Source: Patescibacteria group bacterium (lineage in GTDB: Bacteria; Patescibacteriota; Patescibacteriia; Magasanikbacterales; GWA2-37-8). Taken from it: a stretch of DNA of 64,000 bases. The stretch is from the NCBI GenBank assembly GCA_022710645.1, contig JAKLGL010000001.1, forward strand, positions 407,296 through 471,295, in the 5' to 3' direction. This document shows, piece by piece, positions 56,593 to 64,000 of this stretch. Every line of letters starts with the position of its first letter. Positions within the stretch are counted from its first letter, which is position 1. The notes under the pieces are model-generated. The model worked only from the letters and a program-made list of their open reading frames with translations. It had not been told where the DNA came from and ran no database searches. A program made the translations under genes and the position numbers.

Positions 56593-59500
56593 TTAGGCTT
56601 CCTTAGCAGTAGTATCAATCATTCCTTCCGGATTTTCTTCTTTATTGGAATTTGCCGGAGGATTAAACAAAGAAGTTTCTTCGACTTTTTCGTAAACGCC
56701 ATTTTTATTTTTGAGAAGTTCCACATCCAAACCTAACCCTTTCAATTCGCGAACCAACACATTAAAAGATTCCGGGGTATTCACAGCTTTGATTTCTTCG
56801 CCTTTGATGATAGCTTCGTAAGCTTTACTGCGTCCCGGCACATCATCGGATTTGATAGTTAACATTTCTTGCAACATATGTGCGGCACCATAAGCTTCCA
56901 ATGCCCAAACTTCCATTTCACCAAATCTTTGACCACCGGATTGAGCGCGACCGCCGAGAGGTTGTTGAGTAATCAAGCTGTACGGGCCGATAGAACGTTG
57001 ATGAATTTTATCTTGTACCATATGGTTAAGTTTCAACATATAGTTGTAACCTACCGTAACTTTATTATCAAAAGCTTCACCTGTACGACCGTCGTATAAC
57101 ACCGATTGACCGTCAACTGCAAATCCATTTTTAACCAATGCATCATGAATTTGATCTTCGGTAATACCGTTAAAAGAAGGAGTCGCTACTTTAATACCCA
57201 TAGAATTTGCGGCTAAACCCATATGATTTTCCAAAATTTGTCCGAGGTTCATACGAGAAATAACACCGAGCGGAGACAAAATAATATCTACCGGAGTTCC
57301 GTCTTCCAAAAACGGCATATCTTCGGCCGGAACTACGCGAGAAATAACACCTTTGTTACCATGGCGACCGGACATTTTATCTCCGATTTGAACTTTGCGC
57401 ATATCGGCCACACGCACACGAACTCTCTTTATAACACCCGGTTCAAGTTTATCGCCATTTTCCGCGGAAAATACTTTGATATCGATAACTTTACCATGTT
57501 CACCATGTTCCAAATATAAAGATGAATCACGAACATCGCGAGCTTTTTCACCGAAAATAGCGCGAAGAAGTCTTTCTTCAGCTGATAATTCAGTTTCGCC
57601 TTTCGGGGTTATTTTTCCAACCAAAATATCTCCGGATTTAACTTTAGCTCCGATACGAACAATTCCTTCACTATCCAAATTTTTTAATTTTTCTTCGGAA
57701 ACATTCGGAATATCGGCAGTAACAACTTCAGGTCCGAGTTTTGTTTCACGAACATCTACAAAATAATCTTCAATATGTATGGAAGTATAACGATCTTTTT
57801 TAACCAAACGATCGGAAATTATAACAGCATCTTCATAATTGAAACCGTCCCAAATCATATAAGCCACCAAAACATTTTGACCGAGTGATAACTCGTTTTC
57901 ACTTATGGAAGGACCGTCTGTCAAAGCTTGTCCTTTTTTTACTTTATCACCGACAGTTACCACCGGATGTTGGTTGATACAAGTAGAATGATTTGATCTT
58001 TGAAATTTCCTCAAAACATAATTTATTTTGTCGCCTTTTTTGGTGGTTAATTCTATTTTATCTCCGGAAACTGCGGTAATTTCGCCGTCGTTTTCAGCAT
58101 AAAAAACATAACCTGAATTACGTGCCGCATCTTTTTCTACACCCGAACCAACTAACGGCGGTTCCGGTTTGATACAAGGAACGGCTTGACGTTGCATGTT
58201 TGTTCCCATGAGCGCGCGAGTGGCGTCATCGTGTTCCAAAAACGGAACGCAGGCGGTCGCAACGGAAATAATTTGAGCGGACGATACGTCTATATAATCT
58301 ATATTTTCAGCTTCGGTAACTTGAGGTTTGCCATAAACACGAGCGGAAACCAATATGTCTGTAAAGTAGCCGTTTTCATCAACTTTGGTAGTAGCCGGAG
58401 CGGTTACGGCTTTTTCTTCTTTGAAAGAATTTAATAAAACTATTTCATTGGTAACTCTAGGTTTAACCGGAACGATTTTTTCTTTACTTTTTGCCAACTT
58501 AGCGGCAATTTCTTTGGTAATTTTTGTTCCGTCTTTATATCCTTCCATTTCACCTCGTAAAATTTCACCTTCAGTCAAAGTCGGATCATTGGTCACTTCT
58601 TTGAGAACTTTACGATAAGGAGTTTCTATAAAACCAAACTCATTAACTCGTGCAAAACAAGAAAGATGGTTAACCAAACCAATGTTCGGACCTTCCGGAG
58701 TGGCAATCGGACAAATACGACCGTAATGGGTGTTGTGAACGTCGCGAACCTCAAAACCTGCCCTATCACGAGATAAGCCACCCGGACCGAGAGCAGACAA
58801 ACGACGTTTATGCTCCAATTCAGCCAAAGCGTTTGTTTGATCCATGAACTGAGAAAGTTGAGAGCTCATGAAAAATTCTTTTACCGCAGAAATAACCGGA
58901 CGAGCATTAACCAGTTTATTCGGAGTCAATTGTTCCGCTTCATAAGTACTCATACGATCGCGAATAATACGTTCCATACGAGCCAAACCGACACGTAATC
59001 TGTTTTGAACCAATTCACCTACAGCGCGAATACGTCGATTACCAAGATGGTCGATATCATCAGCTTCATCTTGAGTTACATTGAGACGAATAACTTCTTT
59101 GACCACCAAAGCCAATTTTTCCGGAGAAAAAACTCTGTTTTCTTTTTTACCATAATCTTCATAATTCAAACTCAAATCGAATTTAGTATCGAATTTATAA
59201 ACACCGACCGGAGATAAATCATAACGATCAAAATTAAAAAACATGGCATGAATCAAGCTTTTGGCATTATCGGCAGTAGCCAAATCTCCCGGACGAATTT
59301 TTTTATAAACTTCAATAAGACCTTCATCGGCATTATGCGCCAAATCTTTTTTCAAAGTATTTTCAACAAAATTAATATTCGGATGAATATTTACATCTTT
59401 GAAAAGTTCGATAATCTGTTCGTCGGTTTCATAACCGAAAGCACGAAGCAAAGAAGTAACGGCAACTTTTCTTTTGCGATCTATTTTCACCCACAAAACA

Positions 59501-60033
59501 TTATTTTGATCTGTTTCAATTTCAAGCCAAGCTCCGCGATTCGGAATAATTTTGGCTCCGTAATAACGACGACCGCGAACATTTTCCGCAGAAAAATAAA
59601 CACCCGCACTTCTGATAAGTTGAGAAACAACAACTCTTTCTATGCCGTTAACTACAAAAGTTCCACGATTGGTCATTACCGGGAAATCTCCGAGATAAAT
59701 TTCTTGTGTCTTACTAACGTTAGTAGTTTTATTGGTTAATCTTACTTGCACACGAAGAGGGGCTTCATATGTCATATCTCTATCGCGACAAGTCATCTCA
59801 TCAAATTTCGGTTCATCCAAATAATAATCTTCAAAATACAATTCTAAATTACGATCGGAAAAATCGGTAATCGGAGAAACTTCTTCAAAAAGTTCTTTAA
59901 TGCCAAATTTTAAAAACCAATCGTAAGAATTTTTTTGCACTTCTATCAAATCCGGAAACGGAACCGCATCGCGACTGGAAGTTAGATACTTGCGTTCCGG
60001 ATCAATCTTATAATTTCTTTTATAAATAGGCAT
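56593..60033 (-). CDS. rpoB: DNA-directed RNA polymerase subunit beta
   Basis: Conserved beta-subunit blocks throughout, 1146 aa, directly upstream of rpoC. Confidence 0.97.
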   Translation of the reverse strand: MPIYKRNYKIDPERKYLTSSRDAVPFPDLIEVQKNSYDWFLKFGIKELFEEVSPITDFSDRNLELYFEDYYLDEPKFDEMTCRDRDMTYEAPLRVQVRLTNKTTNVSKTQEIYLGDFPVMTNRGTFVVNGIERVVVSQLIRSAGVYFSAENVRGRRYYGAKIIPNRGAWLEIETDQNNVLWVKIDRKRKVAVTSLLRAFGYETDEQIIELFKDVNIHPNINFVENTLKKDLAHNADEGLIEVYKKIRPGDLATADNAKSLIHAMFFNFDRYDLSPVGVYKFDTKFDLSLNYEDYGKKENRVFSPEKLALVVKEVIRLNVTQDEADDIDHLGNRRIRAVGELVQNRLRVGLARMERIIRDRMSTYEAEQLTPNKLVNARPVISAVKEFFMSSQLSQFMDQTNALAELEHKRRLSALGPGGLSRDRAGFEVRDVHNTHYGRICPIATPEGPNIGLVNHLSCFARVNEFGFIETPYRKVLKEVTNDPTLTEGEILRGEMEGYKDGTKITKEIAAKLAKSKEKIVPVKPRVTNEIVLLNSFKEEKAVTAPATTKVDENGYFTDILVSARVYGKPQVTEAENIDYIDVSSAQIISVATACVPFLEHDDATRALMGTNMQRQAVPCIKPEPPLVGSGVEKDAARNSGYVFYAENDGEITAVSGDKIELTTKKGDKINYVLRKFQRSNHSTCINQHPVVTVGDKVKKGQALTDGPSISENELSLGQNVLVAYMIWDGFNYEDAVIISDRLVKKDRYTSIHIEDYFVDVRETKLGPEVVTADIPNVSEEKLKNLDSEGIVRIGAKVKSGDILVGKITPKGETELSAEERLLRAIFGEKARDVRDSSLYLEHGEHGKVIDIKVFSAENGDKLEPGVIKRVRVRVADMRKVQIGDKMSGRHGNKGVISRVVPAEDMPFLEDGTPVDIILSPLGVISRMNLGQILENHMGLAANSMGIKVATPSFNGITEDQIHDALVKNGFAVDGQSVLYDGRTGEAFDNKVTVGYNYMLKLNHMVQDKIHQRSIGPYSLITQQPLGGRAQSGGQRFGEMEVWALEAYGAAHMLQEMLTIKSDDVPGRSKAYEAIIKGEEIKAVNTPESFNVLVRELKGLGLDVELLKNKNGVYEKVEETSLFNPPANSNKEENPEGMIDTTAKEA

Positions 60034-60216
60034 AAAATTTTTATAAAAATTTTAATTATTTTTTTAAATTGATTATTTTTTTAAAAATTAACTTTTAGAC
60101 AACAAAAAATAGCCCTTTTTGTGGGAATTAAATTTTTTTTCTTATTTTTTAGCGAAAAGCAAGGTTAACATGCAATATTTTTTTACCTTGCGCGCAGCTT
60201 AAATTTTTATTGAAAA

Positions 60217-60575
60217 TTTAGCCACGCTCTTTTGGCTAATATTAGCCAAAAATAAAAAGATGATAACTTGATGGAGTCATTATAAAGCAAAAAAGTGTTT
60301 TTGTCAAGAGAAAACTGAATTTTATATATTTGTCAAGAATAAAGGAAATTGCTGTTAATTTATACAAAAAAACGACATTTATACACAGTTTATCCACAGG
60401 TCCATGTCTCAACATAAAGTCTGGAAGTAACCATGCAAAGCAAGATTACTAAATTAAAACAATTTTTGGCTAAATTAAGAGAAAAAAAGATATTTTTTAT
60501 TTTTTATGCTATTTTAGCCAAAAATCATACTTTTTTAGTATATTTAAAAATTTAGCTAATTTAAGCTAAAAATTC
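60217..60575. promoter_or_regulatory. Array of TTAGCCAAAAA / TTTTTGGCTAA inverted repeats in the rpoB upstream region
   Basis: ttagcca-N9-tggctaa (60219-60240) and attagccaaaaat (60241-60253). tttttggctaaa (60463-60474) faces tttagccaaaaa (60513-60524) as a perfect 12-bp inverted repeat. tttagct-N6-agctaaa (60550-60570). Confidence 0.45.
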
Positions 60576-60885
60576 ATTTTATCCCCAGACACAATTGACA
60601 CTGTGCACAAGTACTCGTAAAATATCCAATAATATTTTTGATTTTGTCTTTGATAAGCTGCGGAAAAGCTGATGTCTCAACCGGATCGAATACTTTGAAA
60701 CAAAACTCTCTCCTCCCCTCAACAATTATTTTTATATTTTGTTTTGGGGATGTTTTAAAGCACTGATCCGTAAGTTAATACATGCATCTTTTCCCGCAGC
60801 TTAGCGAAGATAAAATAATTTTTAAAAAACATATTTATCCCCTTTCAGGGGAGTTTTTTTTATGCTATAATAACCAAAGAATTTT

Positions 60886-63531
60886 ATGGTCAAAAAAAGA
60901 CTAAGACCTCAAGAAGAATTTGATTTTAATCCGGAAATCAGCCGCGGTTTGTTGGCTTTGTTTTTGTTTGCTTTGGCGGCTATTTCAATTTTAAGCTTCT
61001 TTGGTTTAGCCGGAGTAGCCGGTAACTTTTTAGATTCTTTATTAGCTATCGGTTTCGGATATATCAAATATTTATTCCCTCTCGTACTTCTTTTTATCGG
61101 AATTTTACTTACCAAAAATTTTGACGATGAATTTAAGTGGCCTAAAATTTTAGGAGCTCTTTTATTCTTTTTATCCATAAACTCTTTTGTTCATTTGCAA
61201 TTATCTCCACAAGAAATGTTTGATTCGGCTATGCAAGGTTACGGCGGAGGTCTTTATGGATTTTGGTTAGCTTGGATATTAGGTTCTTATGTGGGATATT
61301 GGGGAGGTTTCGTTATTCTTTTGGCGATTTTTATTGTTGCTTTGATTTTTATTTTAAATACCACTTTATCGGATTTGGTTTTATTCGGACATAAATTGTT
61401 TGGTTGGTTTTTATCTCCCATCACTCAGCTTTTTTCCAACAAACCAAAACAAGAACAGATAAAATTCAGTATCAAAGGCGCGCATGCCAAATTTAATAAC
61501 GAAGAAGAGGAAGTCGATGAAGAAGATGAAGAGGAAGATAAAAGTTTCGAAGAAGCGGTGGAAGAAATGAAAAGCAAAGAAAAAAGAGTTTTTGAAAGAA
61601 AAACTGTATCTATCGAAGAAACTGACGAAGAAAAAAATAAAAAGCCGGAAAATTCAGAACCTAAACCGGAAATCATTTTGAGCAAGCCCTCCGCCAATTA
61701 CAGACTACCAAGTGTTGATTTGCTCTATAACAACAAAAGCAAACCTACTTCCGGAGATATAAAAAGTAACGCTGAAATTATCAAAGATACTTTTTTCAAT
61801 TTCGGAATAGAAGTTGAGATGGGGGAAGTTCGCGTAGGACCTACTGTTACTCAATATTCTCTCAAACCGGCCAAAGGCATAAAACTTTCTCGCATTACAA
61901 CTCTAAGTAATGATCTTTCTCTTTCTTTAGCCGCTCATCCGATAAGAATAGAAGCTCCTATTCCGGGAAAAGCTTTGGTTGGCATTGAAGTTCCCAATCA
62001 AAAAGTCGCCATGGTTTCTTTGCGAGAAATTTTGGAATCTCCGGAATATAAAGCTCGCAAACATAATATGATGTTTGCTTTAGGTAAAGATGTTGGTGGT
62101 AAAGTTTGGTTTGCCGATTTGCCAAAAATGCCTCATTTATTAATCGCTGGTACTACTGGTTCTGGTAAAACCGTTTGTGTTAATACTTTAATTTTAAGTC
62201 TTTTATATCAAAATTCCCCGGAAACTTTACGTTTTATTATGGTTGATCCAAAGCGCGTCGAGTTGACTCTTTATAACGGAATTCCTCATCTTTTAACTCC
62301 GGTCATAACCGATCCGGCCAAAACCGTAGCCGCCCTCAAATGGACTATTGGTGAAATGGAAAGACGTTTTGATGCTTTGGCCGCAGCCGGTAATCGAGAT
62401 ATTACTTCTTATAATAGTACTCATAAAGAAAAAATGCCTTATATAGTTTTTGTTGTTGATGAATTGGCAGATCTGATGGCTATGGCCGCTTCCGAAGTGG
62501 AAGCGGGAATTATTCGTATAGCCCAAATGGCTCGCGCGGTCGGAATTCATTTGGTAGTCGCCACTCAAAGACCGTCTGTGGATGTCATTACCGGTTTGAT
62601 GAAAGCCAATATTCCGGCTCGTATAGCTTTTTCCGTAGCTTCTTCCATAGATTCTCGTACTATTTTGGATTCTCCTGGCGCGGAAAAATTACTTGGACGC
62701 GGCGATATGTTATTTTTAACCGCCGAACTTTCAAAACCTTTACGTATTCAAGGGGCTTTTGTTTCTGAAGAAGAAATGAAAAGAGTTGTTGAACATATAA
62801 AAACAGACACTATTCCTCAATATGATGAAAGTATCGTTTCTAAAGCCGGAAATGTAGGAGGAACTTCTTCTATGTTTGGAGGAGGAACTGATGATCGCGA
62901 TGATTTATTTAATGAAGCGAGAGCTATTGTAGTTGAATCTGGTAAAGCCAGCGCTTCTCTTTTGCAAAGAAGATTAAAAGTCGGTTATGCTCGCGCCGCT
63001 CGTTTGCTTGACGAGATGGAAGAAGCTGGTATAGTAGGTCCTGCCGATGGAGCAAAACCCAGAGAAGTATTTACCGATCATCTGATGCCTGAACCTGAAG
63101 CTGAAATCCCTCTTTCCGAACAAAGAATGGGTGCTGGTGGAACTGTTTTTACTCCTCCCAAACCTTATACCTCTATTGATGAAGAAAGCGAAGAAGAAGC
63201 GGAATCACTCACCGAACAAAGTGAAGGTGACGGAGATAAAACTTTGGAAGAAATAGTTGAAGAAGAAGAATTCAGTACCGAACAAAGTTCTAATACCGAG
63301 GAATCGAAAGAAGAAAACGAAGAAGAGGTTGAAAATGAAATTCAAGAAAAACAATCAACAGAAGATAATCAAGAAGACGAAAAAATAGAACTTGAAATAG
63401 TAGAAATGGAAACGGAAGTTGAACCCGAAAAGGAAGAAGAACACCTTCCAGAAGAAAATTCCGATACTGAAGAAAAATCTAAAAAATCGAAAAAGACAAA
63501 AAAAGACGATGAATATATAAGTATTTTCTAA
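60886..63531 (+). CDS. ftsK: DNA translocase FtsK/SpoIIIE with an unusual ~170-aa acidic C-terminal tail
   Basis: N-terminal TMs, Walker A GTTGSGKTV, and a gamma domain (ASASLLQRRLKVGYARAARLLDEMEEAGIVGP). These are followed by an E/D/K-rich low-complexity extension. Confidence 0.93.
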   Translation: MVKKRLRPQEEFDFNPEISRGLLALFLFALAAISILSFFGLAGVAGNFLDSLLAIGFGYIKYLFPLVLLFIGILLTKNFDDEFKWPKILGALLFFLSINSFVHLQLSPQEMFDSAMQGYGGGLYGFWLAWILGSYVGYWGGFVILLAIFIVALIFILNTTLSDLVLFGHKLFGWFLSPITQLFSNKPKQEQIKFSIKGAHAKFNNEEEEVDEEDEEEDKSFEEAVEEMKSKEKRVFERKTVSIEETDEEKNKKPENSEPKPEIILSKPSANYRLPSVDLLYNNKSKPTSGDIKSNAEIIKDTFFNFGIEVEMGEVRVGPTVTQYSLKPAKGIKLSRITTLSNDLSLSLAAHPIRIEAPIPGKALVGIEVPNQKVAMVSLREILESPEYKARKHNMMFALGKDVGGKVWFADLPKMPHLLIAGTTGSGKTVCVNTLILSLLYQNSPETLRFIMVDPKRVELTLYNGIPHLLTPVITDPAKTVAALKWTIGEMERRFDALAAAGNRDITSYNSTHKEKMPYIVFVVDELADLMAMAASEVEAGIIRIAQMARAVGIHLVVATQRPSVDVITGLMKANIPARIAFSVASSIDSRTILDSPGAEKLLGRGDMLFLTAELSKPLRIQGAFVSEEEMKRVVEHIKTDTIPQYDESIVSKAGNVGGTSSMFGGGTDDRDDLFNEARAIVVESGKASASLLQRRLKVGYARAARLLDEMEEAGIVGPADGAKPREVFTDHLMPEPEAEIPLSEQRMGAGGTVFTPPKPYTSIDEESEEEAESLTEQSEGDGDKTLEEIVEEEEFSTEQSSNTEESKEENEEEVENEIQEKQSTEDNQEDEKIELEIVEMETEVEPEKEEEHLPEENSDTEEKSKKSKKTKKDDEYISIF

Positions 63532-63539
63532 AAAAGGTT

Positions 63540-64000
63540 ATGGCTGTTTTTTGCCACAAAAAATTGAATACGCCGGAATATTTGGGAGCTAAATTTAAAA
63601 AAACACGCGAAGAAAAAAATTTGACTCTTGAAGACATGGTCGGTATTACTCATATCGACGAAAAGTATTTAATCGCTATTGAAAACGGCAAATACAATCT
63701 TTTACCAAAAACAAAAGCCCATCGATTCGCTTATATACGAGAATACTGTCAGGCGTTGGAGTTGGATTGTAAAGAATTTTTAAATCAATTCAAAGAAGAA
63801 ACCCGTCATGAAAAAATTTCTTCTGACCCTTCCGATAGTTATCAAAAATACTATTTAACGAGTGTTTCTATATTTTTACGAAATCTTTTTATTATTTTAG
63901 CGGTTTTGGCTTTTTTTACTTATATAGGTTTTCAAATAAACGGAGTATTAACCCCGCCGAAACTTTTAGTACTTTCTCCGGTAGAAGGACAATCAACGGA
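63540..64000 (+). CDS. HTH-XRE plus TM protein, RodZ-like (3' partial; not in the ORF track)
   Basis: It is open from the ATG at 63540 to the window end. An HTH (LGAKFKKTREEKNLTLEDMVGITHIDEKYLIAIENGKY) is followed by a TM helix (IFLRNLFIILAVLAFFTYIGF). Confidence 0.55.
   Translation, partial: MAVFCHKKLNTPEYLGAKFKKTREEKNLTLEDMVGITHIDEKYLIAIENGKYNLLPKTKAHRFAYIREYCQALELDCKEFLNQFKEETRHEKISSDPSDSYQKYYLTSVSIFLRNLFIILAVLAFFTYIGFQINGVLTPPKLLVLSPVEGQST

Noticed and set aside
1-64000. rRNA genes, CRISPR arrays, transposase/integrase genes
   Set aside because: No long GC-rich rRNA-like tracts and no repeat-spacer arrays. None of the ORF translations shows DDE, tyrosine or serine recombinase motifs.

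Overview
This is a 64 kb, AT-rich (roughly mid-30s % GC by eye), gene-dense bacterial chromosome segment. Its character (small proteins, many hypothetical surface proteins, few Shine-Dalgarno sites) fits a small-genome bacterium such as a Patescibacteria/CPR lineage, but that is an inference.

The core backbone I am confident of is gpmI, a UvrD/PcrA helicase, tgt, rlmH, trpS, rplA, gatB, ruvA, ruvC, yebC, ileS, rpiB, rpe, a trxB-like reductase, rpoB-rpoC (not preceded by rplKAJL), ftsK and a single tRNA-Arg(UCG).

The accessory content, in window order:
1. (1-6450) A cell-surface module. It combines two divergently oriented paralogous small secreted proteins resembling WxL-type proteins, a DUF916/DUF3324-like membrane-anchored protein, a secreted protein with duplicated Cys motifs, a poly-Gly linker and a dockerin pair, and two overlapping cohesin-like proteins with C-terminal membrane anchors. 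Together these form a plausible minimal cohesin-dockerin surface scaffold joined to a Csc/WxL-like locus.
2. (6462-8245) A protein with three zinc-ribbon repeats, followed by a GC-rich, multi-hairpin 200-nt element that carries a direct repeat of the tRNA-Arg 3' end and an inverted copy of its T-arm. Next come a GC-shifted foreign-looking gene and an unlisted 35-aa lysine-rich micro-ORF.
3. (22341-24064) An AT-rich islet of three small genes, two of which carry the HEPN Rx4H motif (Abi/toxin-like).
4. (26238-30511) A thymidylate/dNTP module (dCMP deaminase, T4-gp1-like dNMP kinase, CYTH, dut, thyA, folA, a tmk-like kinase), punctuated by GTCAT...ATGAC mini-elements and a recurring CTGCCTGCCGGCAGGCAG palindrome.
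5. (42563-42780) A probable T-box leader with promoter and terminator upstream of ileS.
6. Three repeat families: GTCAT-ended mini-elements, TAAGCTCTAA palindromic elements, and AACTTTATAAAGTT-type tandem palindromes abutting start codons. There is also a TTAGCCAAAAA inverted-repeat array upstream of rpoB.

I found no CRISPR array, no rRNA and no clear transposase or integrase. Every product call is made by eye from motifs and has not been searched against any database.
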